A DNA stretch of 20,358 bases from a bacterium (GCA_031362565.1 JANLSU010000023.1:1-20358); one strand, 5' to 3'. Counted from the stretch's first letter, positions 11,259 to 19,664 are shown. Numbers and translations are program-made. Notes: generated by a model not told the origin, from the sequence alone.

Positions 11259-13979
11259 CTAGCTCTGGATTTGCATCGGCCGGGCGCTGACACCCTGCTG
11301 TGGGGCAACCGCGAGATCACGCAGCAACGCCTCCGGCGTCATGGTGCCGGCCACGAGCCCCTGGTACGCGGCCAGCATGGCGCCCGCCTCGGCAGTGGTC
11401 TCGCGCACGAATTCGATGCGAAAGCGCCGCACGCCGCGGCTGAGCAACCGCGGCACGAGGCGGGCCGCGCTCTGCACCTGCGAATTGAAGACGGTGTTCC
11501 GGCACCCGGCATCGACGATGACCGGATGTACGAGACCCAAATGATCGCGCAGCGCCACTTCGTGCGACTCGCACGGGCGGCCGCAGGTGCGAAAATCACG
11601 TCCCTTGCTCAGCAAGTGCGAGTACACGCAGTGCTCGGTGTGAAACGTCGCCATGCGATGCTGCACGACCACCGTGACGCGTTCCGGCGGCACGGCGCCA
11701 AGGAGCGCCATGAGTTGCACTTCGTCCAGGTCGTGCGCCACCGTGAAGGTATCGAGGCCCCAATCGAGCACGTGATGGGCGGTCAGCGAGTTCGTGACGT
11801 TGAGTGAAAAATCGCCGTGAATGCCCAAGCCCACGAGCGCTTCCGGGTGCTCGGCGCGCAGTTGCGCGAAGTGCACCATGCCGCCCCAATGGCGGACGAG
11901 CACCCCGTCCGGCTCGAGCCGTGCCAAGCGATGGTCGAAGCTTTCCTCACCCGGTTTCTGGACGCGCAGCGTCGCGACCGTGACCCGCAGGCCGGCACCG
12001 CGCGCCCGCTGGACGGCGTGCCCGAGCCCGACCATTTCCATCCAGTCGAGTTCGACTTCGGGAAGGCCCGCTTCGATCACGGCTTCGAGCTGCGCATCGG
12101 TGCGGCAAAGCGCCAGAAGTGCCGCCGGCGCCGCCGCGCCATCGGCCGCTACCGGCGGGCGTTCGAAGCGTGGCCGCAGAGTTCCGGCGACGGCTGCCGC
12201 CCGGACCCGCAACGCAGCGCGCTCGCCGTTGCCTTCTCTCGGGGCGGTCTCCGCATCGGGTTCCAACAAGCGCGCCACGATATCGCGCCGCACCGCTTTC
12301 AGTTCCGACACCGGCACATGCAGGCCTGGCGCTAAACGCGACGTGTCGAGCTGCCCGAGCACGAACGCCGTGTCGCCGAAAGCTCCCAGTTTGTCGCGCA
12401 CGATGTCATCGGTGAGACCGGAACCGGAGGACGTCGCGGCAGCACTCGCAGTGGTGCCGTGCAGCACGCGGCCCGCAGAACGCGCCTCGATGCGCAACAC
12501 ACTGCCGGCCCGGCCTTCGATTGCGAGATCCACTGGTTGCTTCGCGACCGGCGACGGTTCGCGCAGGATCTTTTCCGTGGCGCGGGCCAGCGCCGGATCA
12601 CTCGTCACCCAGACGCGATCGCCCACCGCCACGCGCCGCAAGTCGGGCCCCGGGTTGCCGAATCCCAACACCGTGCGCTGGCCGCGCCGTTCGACGCGGA
12701 AGAGTGGGCCGCCGGGTTCGTTCTTGTCTTCAGGATGCCCGGCATCGAAGACGACGCCGAGCCCCGGACGCAATTCGATGCGCGCCACCGCAGGTCCGGC
12801 CGCTGCGTCGGTGCGATTGCCGAGTCCAACGAGTGGCGACGATACCGTGCCTTCCGGCTTCAGGTTGGCGGCTCCGTCGAGCTGCTCTTCGAGCGTCGCG
12901 CCGCCGGTCCAAGGACGGCCGGTGCCGGTCGTTTCGATTTCGACTTCGCTGGCGCTAACGCGCACCACGCGGCCCGCGTACACGCCACGGTGTTTCGGAA
13001 AGCGGCCCTCGACGAGCGTTTGATGATCGGAACCGGCGAGGAAGCCATCGCTGAAGCCGCGCGTGTAGGACAAGGACATCGCCAACAAATCGTCGTGCAG
13101 GATTTGTTGCGCGGCGGGTGAACCCGCCGCGCCACTGGCGACTGCATCCACCCAATGGCGATAGCCGCGCACCGCGGTCGAGACATACTGCGCGCCCTTC
13201 TGCCGCCCTTCGATCTTCAAGCCGTGCACGCCGAGCGCCGCCAATTCCGGCACCGCGCGCGCGCCGGCGAGATCCTTGGGTGAGAGCAAGTATTTCACAT
13301 CGCCCAAGTCGTGGACGACACCGTCCAACACCAAGTCGTACGGCATGCGGCACGACTGCGCGCACTGGCCGCGGTTCGCCGACCGGCCGCCCCAGGCTTC
13401 GCTCGTCAGGCACTGACCACTCCACGACACGCAGAGGGCGCCATGCACGAACACTTCGACTTCGAGCGTCGAGCCTTGCATGAAGGTGCGAATCTCACTC
13501 ACCGAGAGTTCACGGGGCAGAACGACACGCGTCGCGCCCAGGTCGGCGGCAAAGACCGCCGCATCGGCACTCGAGATCGTCATTTGGGTACTGGCGTGGA
13601 TTTCGATTTCGGGCGCCACCCGGCGCGCCACGAGCGCCACCGCCGGGTCTTGCACGATGATCGCATCGACTGCCGCTTCGGCGGCGCGCCGCAACAGGCG
13701 TTCCACGAACGGGATCTCGGGTTCGAAGAGGAGCGTGTTGAGTGCCAAGTAGGCGCGCGCCCCGGCGGCATGAATCTCGGCGACGGTGGCGGGCAATCCA
13801 TCGAGGGTGAAATTGCCGGCCCGGGCTCGCGCGTTGAAGCCTTCCTGCAGGCCGAAGTACACTGCGTCGGCGCCCGAATGCAGCGCTGCCGCGAGGCTCG
13901 CCGCGTCGCCTGCCGGTGCCAGTACTTCCGGCCGATGGGGCGGAACCCCTGGGGTTGCGCTGTGGTGTCGCGTTTTCAT
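11259..13979 (-). CDS. U32 'peptidase' family Fe-S protein, long RlhA-like architecture (U32 + DUF3656-like + second U32-like domain); probable RNA hydroxylation protein
   Basis: PEVLAPAG, GADAVYFG, FNARARA, IHASTQM, RVVLPRELS, HGALCVSWSGQC...SANRGQCAQSCR (four-Cys Fe-S motif), LLSPKDL, LKIEGRQK; C-terminal FHTEHC...CGRPC...DAGCRNTVFN. Confidence 0.92.
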   Translation of the reverse strand: MKTRHHSATPGVPPHRPEVLAPAGDAASLAAALHSGADAVYFGLQEGFNARARAGNFTLDGLPATVAEIHAAGARAYLALNTLLFEPEIPFVERLLRRAAEAAVDAIIVQDPAVALVARRVAPEIEIHASTQMTISSADAAVFAADLGATRVVLPRELSVSEIRTFMQGSTLEVEVFVHGALCVSWSGQCLTSEAWGGRSANRGQCAQSCRMPYDLVLDGVVHDLGDVKYLLSPKDLAGARAVPELAALGVHGLKIEGRQKGAQYVSTAVRGYRHWVDAVASGAAGSPAAQQILHDDLLAMSLSYTRGFSDGFLAGSDHQTLVEGRFPKHRGVYAGRVVRVSASEVEIETTGTGRPWTGGATLEEQLDGAANLKPEGTVSSPLVGLGNRTDAAAGPAVARIELRPGLGVVFDAGHPEDKNEPGGPLFRVERRGQRTVLGFGNPGPDLRRVAVGDRVWVTSDPALARATEKILREPSPVAKQPVDLAIEGRAGSVLRIEARSAGRVLHGTTASAAATSSGSGLTDDIVRDKLGAFGDTAFVLGQLDTSRLAPGLHVPVSELKAVRRDIVARLLEPDAETAPREGNGERAALRVRAAAVAGTLRPRFERPPVAADGAAAPAALLALCRTDAQLEAVIEAGLPEVELDWMEMVGLGHAVQRARGAGLRVTVATLRVQKPGEESFDHRLARLEPDGVLVRHWGGMVHFAQLRAEHPEALVGLGIHGDFSLNVTNSLTAHHVLDWGLDTFTVAHDLDEVQLMALLGAVPPERVTVVVQHRMATFHTEHCVYSHLLSKGRDFRTCGRPCESHEVALRDHLGLVHPVIVDAGCRNTVFNSQVQSAARLVPRLLSRGVRRFRIEFVRETTAEAGAMLAAYQGLVAGTMTPEALLRDLAVAPQQGVSARPMQIQS

Positions 13980-13988
13980 CTGCCAAGG

Positions 13989-13997
13989 ATCCTAGCA
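13989..13997 (-). promoter_or_regulatory. Candidate extended -10 promoter (TGcTAGGAT) immediately upstream of the U32 start codon
   Basis: Reverse complement of ATCCTAGCA = TGCTAGGAT; 9 nt separate the hexamer from ATG 13979; no SD in between. Confidence 0.5.
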
Positions 13998-14887
13998 TGC
14001 CCGGTCCGGCGGCGATCGATCCGGCGATGGTGCGGTTTGGCACCTCGTCCTTCGCGTGGAAGGAATGGGTGGGGCCGTTCTACCCGGTCGGGACGCAGCC
14101 GGGTGATTTCCTGCGCTACTACGCGACCCAGTTCAATGTCGTCGAGGTCGATTCCACCTACTACGCCATCCCCTCGGAACGCATCGTGGACGGCTGGAAG
14201 GCCAAGACGCCGCCGCAGTTCCGGCTCGCCGCCAAGTTCCCACGCAGCATCGTGCACGGCGGCGATACGCCGCATCCCGATGCGCAGCGGGTCCTGCAGC
14301 CGGATGCGACGTATGCCGATCGCGATCTCTTCCTGGGTGTGATGTCCCGCCTCGGAGAGCGCCTCGGGCCACTCGTGCTGCAGTTTCCGTACTTCTCGCA
14401 CCGTGCGTTTCCGTCGGCAGAGCCTTTTCTGGAGCGCCTCGACGGGTTTCTCGCCGCCTTGCCGCACGAACACACGTACGCCGTCGAAGTGCGCAACGCC
14501 GACTGGCTGGGCGTGCCGCTGGCGAACATTCTCCGCCGGCACGGCGCGGCGCTCGTGATCGTCGACCAGGAATGGATGCCGCACGGCGACCGGGTGGCGC
14601 AGTGGTTCGATGTGGTCACCGGGCCGTTCGCTTACGTGCGGCTGCTCGGTGATCGCAAGGGCATCGAAGCCATCACGACGACGTGGGACCGCGAAGTGGT
14701 CGACCAAACGGCCAGCCTCGAACGCTGGGCGGCGTTGCTCGCCACCTTTGCGAGCAACGGCATTCCGACCTTCGTCTTCGCCAACAACCACTACGCCGGT
14801 CACGCTCCCGCGACCGTGCGCCGTCTCGAGACCCTGTATCGCGCCCGCGTCGGGCTGCCGGCGCGCCCTCCGGAGCGGCTGTTCTGA
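13997..14887 (+). CDS. DUF72 (YecE/YunF-like) TIM-barrel protein
   Basis: RFGTSSFAWKEWVGPFYP, LRYYATQFNVVEVDSTYY, KFPRSIVH, LGPLVLQFP, YAVEVRN, YVRLLG, VFANNHYAGHAP are typical DUF72 motifs. Start either ATG 13997 or ATG 14027. Confidence 0.92.
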   Translation: MPGPAAIDPAMVRFGTSSFAWKEWVGPFYPVGTQPGDFLRYYATQFNVVEVDSTYYAIPSERIVDGWKAKTPPQFRLAAKFPRSIVHGGDTPHPDAQRVLQPDATYADRDLFLGVMSRLGERLGPLVLQFPYFSHRAFPSAEPFLERLDGFLAALPHEHTYAVEVRNADWLGVPLANILRRHGAALVIVDQEWMPHGDRVAQWFDVVTGPFAYVRLLGDRKGIEAITTTWDREVVDQTASLERWAALLATFASNGIPTFVFANNHYAGHAPATVRRLETLYRARVGLPARPPERLF

Positions 14888-14895
14888 GCCCCGTC

Positions 14896-14918
14896 CCGCG
14901 CGGGCCTTGCCCGCGCGG
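14896..14918. terminator. GC-rich hairpin after the DUF72 stop; possible terminator or pause site
   Basis: Perfect 10-bp stem CCGCGCGGGC / GCCCGCGCGG with CTT loop, 8 nt after TGA 14887; no U-tract on either side. Confidence 0.45.
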
Positions 14919-14942
14919 AATCCGGTCCGGCTGCACCACACA

Positions 14943-15041
14943 GTTCGACGGATCACCGGTGAAGTTCGCGAGCGCTCCCGGTCCGTCGACCGTCAGTGTC
15001 GTCGGGTACGTGCCGACGAGGTTGTCGGCGGACCCGCCGGT
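14943..15041 (-). pseudogene. Short coding relic resembling a proprotein-convertase P-domain segment
   Basis: Translates as TGGSADNLVGTYPTTLTVDGPGALANFTGDPSN with mostly G/C third positions; GGSADN and the later L..F.G...N recall bacterial P-domains. No credible start/SD, and the frame runs on antisense into DUF72. Confidence 0.5.
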
Positions 15042-15078
15042 CTCGGCAGTGTCTTCCGGCCGGCGTCGCGCCAAGGGC

Positions 15079-15915
15079 TCATTTTGTTTTCAATTTCGCC
15101 GCGAAGAACGCCTGCACGTGCGTCCAGGCATCGCCCGCCGATTTCTCGTCGTAGCGTGGGTTGGACGGATTCGCGAAGGCGTGGGGCGCTTCGTACTTGA
15201 GGAATTCGTGCGGCACGCGCGCCACGGTCAGCGCCTTGTCGAATTCGTCGACCACAGCCGGTGTGATCGACTGGTCCAGGTTGCCGAACACGCCCAAGAT
15301 CGGCGCCTTGATGCCGGCCAGCTTCTTGGGATCCATGTCCGGGAAGCCGTAGTACATCACGCAAGCGTCCAGATCCGGGGCAGCGATCGCCAGTTGCAGC
15401 GATTGTCCACCGCCAAAGCACCAGCCGATCGAGCCGCGCTTCGTCGCCAACACCCGCTTGTCCTGCGCCAGAAAGGCTTGCGCCGCGAGCATGATGTCCT
15501 TCGAACGCGCCGGATCGGCCGCCTTCATGTATTCCATCGCCTTGTCGGGGGTCGTCGCGACCTTGCCGTCGTACAGGTCGACCGCGAGCGCTGCGTAGCC
15601 CTCGGCGGCCAGGCGGTCGGTCCAGTGCTTGATGTTATCGTTCAGGCCCCACCATTCCTGAATCACGACGAGCGCCGGCAACGGTGGCTTGGCATTCGCG
15701 GGCAAGCTGAGATACGCCTTGCCGCCGGACAGTTCGATCATGGTGCCGTGCAGTTCGGGAACCGCGCCAGTCTTCAGTTCGTGCATCGCCTTGAATTGCT
15801 CTTCGGACACGCTGCCCGTCCATGCCTTCTTGGGCGCCGCGTCAGCGTGCACGGCCGCCGGGAACGCCAGCGCTGCTGCCAGAAAAGCCGCCGCCGGATT
15901 GCGCCGCATGTTCAT
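15079..15915 (-). CDS. Dienelactone hydrolase family protein with signal peptide
   Basis: VIQEWWGLN, LAAEGYAALAVDLY, nucleophile elbow GWCFGG (Cys), NLDQSI (Asp), APHAFAN (His); signal peptide MNMRRNPAAAFLAAALAFPAAVHA; SD AAGGAGG. Confidence 0.95.
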   Translation of the reverse strand: MNMRRNPAAAFLAAALAFPAAVHADAAPKKAWTGSVSEEQFKAMHELKTGAVPELHGTMIELSGGKAYLSLPANAKPPLPALVVIQEWWGLNDNIKHWTDRLAAEGYAALAVDLYDGKVATTPDKAMEYMKAADPARSKDIMLAAQAFLAQDKRVLATKRGSIGWCFGGGQSLQLAIAAPDLDACVMYYGFPDMDPKKLAGIKAPILGVFGNLDQSITPAVVDEFDKALTVARVPHEFLKYEAPHAFANPSNPRYDEKSAGDAWTHVQAFFAAKLKTK

Positions 15916-16019
15916 GCCGTCCTCCTTGCACGAGAGTTGAATGCCGCGACGAGCCGTCGCGCTGAATGATTCTACGGCGCATCATAGTCTATTCGCGCGG
16001 CACACCGCGCCGTCGCGTC

Positions 16020-16727
16020 CTACCGCAGGAGCGTCAGCCGTTCGGCACCGCTCGCGGCCGGAGACTGCACCCATACGACGTAGACGCCGCTCGGCACGGC
16101 GACGCCTCGGTCGTTCCTCCCATCCCACTGGAGCGTGTGCGCGCCGCGTGAGCGCGCGGCGTTTTCCAGGTCGCGCACCAGCCGGCCGCGAATGTCGTAG
16201 ATCCGCACCGTGACCGCCGCGGGCTCCTGAAGCTCGTAGTCGATGCGGGTGCTGGGATTGAACGGGTCCGGAGAGTTCGTCACCGGGATTCGCTTCGCGA
16301 GCGGCCGCGCTCCAGGGCCCAGGGTCTCCTGAACGTCGTTCGGGTTCGCCTCCTCGATCAAGAGCGAGAACTTGCCGTAGTTGTTGCTGTTCGTCGGCTG
16401 TACCCATCGAACACGCACCGGAGCATTGTGACCTTGAACGCGGTACCAGTACCGGTGCCCGGGCGACGGACCGGTGGCGCTCGCGCCCAGGGGGTCGAGG
16501 GCGTGGAAGCCCGTGCCCGTGTCGATTTCGAGCCGCGCATGCCGGCCCAAAAGACCCGGCGCACCACAACTGCCGCCCGGCGGGAGCGCCACTGCGAAGT
16601 CGAAGCTGGCATCCGATCCAACCCAAGAGTTCGTGGTCCCCGGTGACGGCAACTGCGGCGCAACCTCCGGAGTACCGCAGACGACCGCCGGTGGGTTGAT
16701 CCAGGTTGTGGACGCGGTGCGGCTCAT
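16020..16727 (-). CDS. FlgD-like Ig / T9SS CTD-like domain protein, possibly 5'-truncated
   Basis: C-terminal NSPDPFNPSTRIDYEL...VTVRIYDIRGRLVRDL...QWDGRNDRGVAVPSGVY. The listed 350-aa ORF overlaps the opposite-strand gene beyond 16909, so the start is placed at ATG 16727 (uncertain). No signal peptide seen. Confidence 0.75.
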   Translation of the reverse strand: MSRTASTTWINPPAVVCGTPEVAPQLPSPGTTNSWVGSDASFDFAVALPPGGSCGAPGLLGRHARLEIDTGTGFHALDPLGASATGPSPGHRYWYRVQGHNAPVRVRWVQPTNSNNYGKFSLLIEEANPNDVQETLGPGARPLAKRIPVTNSPDPFNPSTRIDYELQEPAAVTVRIYDIRGRLVRDLENAARSRGAHTLQWDGRNDRGVAVPSGVYVVWVQSPAASGAERLTLLR

Positions 16728-16827
16728 CGTTCCATCGACGCCCCTTCGGGAGCGGCGGAATAGTCCAGGCGGTTCTGTCGACCCCGCTACCGTTCGGAAT
16801 CGAAGCTCATAGGGCGGTTTGTGTTCG

Positions 16828-16856
16828 TTGAGATCTGGCCGGGCAGCATGTAGCGT
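16828..16856 (+). promoter_or_regulatory. Candidate sigma70 promoter for the nitronate monooxygenase-family gene
   Basis: TTGAGA (16828-16833), 17-bp spacer, TAGCGT (16851-16856), about 50 nt upstream of ATG 16909. Confidence 0.5.
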
Positions 16857-16908
16857 GATAGAGGGGCGAGGGTTTTGCTGCGTCCCTCCGGCAGCAACCA
16901 AGGAGCGC

Positions 16909-18351
16909 ATGACGGTACCGCGCATTATCCAGGGTGGAATGGGATTCGCCGTCTCGGGCTGGACACTCGCACGTAGTGTGTCGCGCCTCGGGCACCTGGG
17001 AGTGGTGTCGGGCAGCGGGCTTGATCTCTTGGTGTCGCGCCTGCTGCAATCCGGTGACCCCGGTGGCCACATCCACCGTGCGCTGGAACGATTTCCGGTT
17101 CCCTCGATCGCGCAACAAGTTCTGACGCGTCACGAGATTCGCGGCGGCAAAAAAGCCACCGCGCCATTCCGCCCGATCTCGATGTGGAGTACAACGCCCT
17201 GTCTCGCCCTGCAGCGCCTTGCGGTCGTCGCAAACTTCGTCGAAGTGACCCTCGCCAAGGAGGGGCACGACGGCATCGTCGGCATCAACTATCTGGCGAA
17301 GATCCAATTGCCGCTCTTGGCCTCGTTGTATGGCGCCATGTTGGCAGATGTCGATTACGTCTTGATCGGCGCCGGCTTGCCGCGCGAAATCCCCGGCATC
17401 CTCGACCGGCTGGCCGAAGGACTCGACGTCCAATTGCCGCTCCAGGTGGAGGGCGCAACGCCGGGTGACGATTTCCACGCGAATTTTTCACCGTGCACCG
17501 TCATGGGCACCACACCGAACCGTTTGCAGCGGCCGCGCTTCGTCGCCATCGTTGCCTCGAACACGCTCGCAACCCTGATGGCCAAGAACACGACCGGGCG
17601 CACCGACGGTTTCGTCATCGAGGGACCGTCGGCCGGTGGGCACAACGCACCGCCGCGCGGCAAGCCCGTGCGCACGGCGCTTGGCGAACCCGAGTATGGG
17701 CCGCGAAATACTGTGGACCTCGCCGCGATTCGACAGTTGGGACTGCCATTTTGGCTGGCGGGGTCGTACGCCTCGGCGGCGCGGCTGCGAGAAGCGGAGC
17801 AAGTGGGCGCCACCGGCATCCAAGTCGGAACGGCCTTCGCGTTCGCGCGCGAGTCCGGACTCACGCCCGCCCTCAGGAGCGCGGTGCTGGCAGCGCTGCG
17901 CCAAGGCCCGGTGCGGGTCTTCACAGATCCAGACGCGTCACCGACCGGCTTTCCGTTCAAGGTCGTACCGCTCGCCGGGTCGCTTTCAGAACGGGAAGTC
18001 TACGAGGCGCGGCGACGCAATTGTGACCTCGGATACCTACGCCGCGCCTATCGCAAGCCGGACGGTACGGTCGGATATCGCTGCCCGGCCGAGCCGGTCG
18101 ACGCCTACGTCCGCAAAGGCGGCGACGCGGCCGAGACCGTCGGGCGCAAGTGCCTCTGCAACTGTCTTCTCGCCAACGTCGGCTTGGCACAACACCGGGA
18201 AGATGGCTACGTCGAGAAGCCGATGCTGACAGCCGGCAGCGATCTGCAAGTGGTCACCGAGTTCACGGCCCCGGGCGCGGACTCGTACAGCGCATGCGAT
18301 GTCATCGGCAAGCTGACGGCACCCGCCGAGGTTGATTCCAAGATTCGGTGA
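16909..18351 (+). CDS. Nitronate monooxygenase (NMO/FabK-like) family FMN TIM-barrel flavoprotein with Cys-rich C-terminal region
   Basis: PRIIQGGMG, LGVVSG, GINYLAK, IGAGLP, GFVIEGPSAGGHN (catalytic His region), LAGSY, GIQVGTAF, SPTGFPFKV; SD AAGGAG at 16900-16905. Confidence 0.9.
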   Translation: MTVPRIIQGGMGFAVSGWTLARSVSRLGHLGVVSGSGLDLLVSRLLQSGDPGGHIHRALERFPVPSIAQQVLTRHEIRGGKKATAPFRPISMWSTTPCLALQRLAVVANFVEVTLAKEGHDGIVGINYLAKIQLPLLASLYGAMLADVDYVLIGAGLPREIPGILDRLAEGLDVQLPLQVEGATPGDDFHANFSPCTVMGTTPNRLQRPRFVAIVASNTLATLMAKNTTGRTDGFVIEGPSAGGHNAPPRGKPVRTALGEPEYGPRNTVDLAAIRQLGLPFWLAGSYASAARLREAEQVGATGIQVGTAFAFARESGLTPALRSAVLAALRQGPVRVFTDPDASPTGFPFKVVPLAGSLSEREVYEARRRNCDLGYLRRAYRKPDGTVGYRCPAEPVDAYVRKGGDAAETVGRKCLCNCLLANVGLAQHREDGYVEKPMLTAGSDLQVVTEFTAPGADSYSACDVIGKLTAPAEVDSKIR

Positions 18352-18393
18352 GCAGCGTCCGCCCCAGTTCCCCGGCGCCGCTACCGGCGGCTG

Positions 18394-19653
18394 TCAGAAC
18401 GTCAGAACGCCTTGCAGGTATCCCCAATAGGCGTTCTGATCTTGGTCGAGCCGCTGGCCCGCAAAGAGCACCGCGGCGCCCATGTCCAAACGCGTCGACG
18501 TGAGAACCGGCACGGACATTTCGGCATCGATTTCGGTTCCAAGAGCCGCCTCGCCGGCCCCCGATGGCACCCGCAACGGGTTCTGCGGTTGATCCGATTG
18601 CATGACGCGGAAGAAATGCGCGTCGACATGTCCCTTGCCGCCGTGCGGTCCGGGCGTCTGCAGCACGGCGTACGGATCGAGCAAACCGGCTCTGCCGGCG
18701 AGGCCTTCCGCAACGTCCATCATGCCGTAGAATTTGTGGCCGGTGTGGAAGATGCGCTTCACATCGAAGAGCTGAAAAGTGGCGTCGGCGGGATCGTCAC
18801 CGGAGAGGATGTCGCACCCCGCACCCGCCGCGAACCCACCCTCGAGTCGCACATAGACCTGTCCGGTGAAGAGGAACGCACCCAAGTCCTGCCGCCCCCG
18901 GCTGCCGAACTGGTAGGCGAACTCTTCTTCGAGCCGCAAGCGGCCCTGGCTGCCGAACAACCGTTCTCCGAGCGTCGTCTCGAAAGCGTCGGTCACGGCT
19001 GGAGCGCTCCCGAAAGCCGGTGTCGCCCGGTACATCCCGTAAAACTCGAGGCCACGGTCGTTTGTCGCGTTGACGACGCGGTTGTAGCACAAGAGCAAGT
19101 CGTCGTTGGACGGCGCTCCTTCCGAAGTGTCAGCGAGTCGCGCCGCGACGAGGTCCGATGTCAGCCGGCCGCGCCCCAAACGCACCTGCAGAGCATCGAA
19201 CGCGCGGCCAACGTTGTCCCAGCCCGCCGGGCCCAGAATGCGTTCATCGCCGCAGTTGAGTTCCTGCCGCCCCGCCCGCACCCTCAGACTCGTGGCGCCG
19301 AAGGCATGCGTCAGTTCGCCGTACGCTTGGTGCACGTCCAGATTGCGGGTGTTCGCCAGCGTACTGGCACCCAAACCCCAAGCGCGCGCATCCTGCATCT
19401 GAACGAACACTCGTGCGTCCGGTGCCACGGTCACCGCAACACCGAGGCGGGTGCGCTGCAAGAAATCCCACTGTGCCGTCTGACCGTGCAACGATTTATC
19501 GAAGCCTTCGGAGCGGACCCGAATCGAGCCACTCCAGACCGTCTCGGCGGCCGCCGCTCGGCCGGCCAGCAACGTCACGATCGTTGCGGAAGCAACCGCG
19601 TGCTTCGCGATCGCAACGCGCCGGCGCGGTGCGCCATGCCTCGAAGCGGACAT
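18394..19653 (-). CDS. Alginate export (AlgE-like) family outer-membrane beta-barrel
   Basis: Signal peptide ending RAAAA; QRTRLG, LDVHQAY, RAGRQELNCGDERILG..GWDNVGRAFDA, TGHKFYGMMD, LGTEID; C-terminal aromatic beta-signal YLQGVLTF. Start ATG 19653 with GAAGGGA upstream. Confidence 0.85.
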   Translation of the reverse strand: MSASRHGAPRRRVAIAKHAVASATIVTLLAGRAAAAETVWSGSIRVRSEGFDKSLHGQTAQWDFLQRTRLGVAVTVAPDARVFVQMQDARAWGLGASTLANTRNLDVHQAYGELTHAFGATSLRVRAGRQELNCGDERILGPAGWDNVGRAFDALQVRLGRGRLTSDLVAARLADTSEGAPSNDDLLLCYNRVVNATNDRGLEFYGMYRATPAFGSAPAVTDAFETTLGERLFGSQGRLRLEEEFAYQFGSRGRQDLGAFLFTGQVYVRLEGGFAAGAGCDILSGDDPADATFQLFDVKRIFHTGHKFYGMMDVAEGLAGRAGLLDPYAVLQTPGPHGGKGHVDAHFFRVMQSDQPQNPLRVPSGAGEAALGTEIDAEMSVPVLTSTRLDMGAAVLFAGQRLDQDQNAYWGYLQGVLTF

Positions 19654-19664
19654 TGAATTTCCCT

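Noticed and set aside
15946..15990. Small hairpin GCGACG/CGTCGC and -10-like hexamers (TAGAAT, TATGAT on minus) upstream of the dienelactone hydrolase
   Set aside because: Plausible promoter region, but no matching -35 or TG extension and two competing hexamers; too ambiguous to call.
16728..17072. N-terminal part of the listed 350-aa minus-strand ORF
   Set aside because: Overlaps the NMO-family gene and its promoter on the opposite strand; the translation is not protein-like.
18352..18393. Terminator between the convergent NMO-family and porin genes (also 10378-10417 between sdhB and the methyltransferase)
   Set aside because: Only short GC stems expected by chance and no U-tract.
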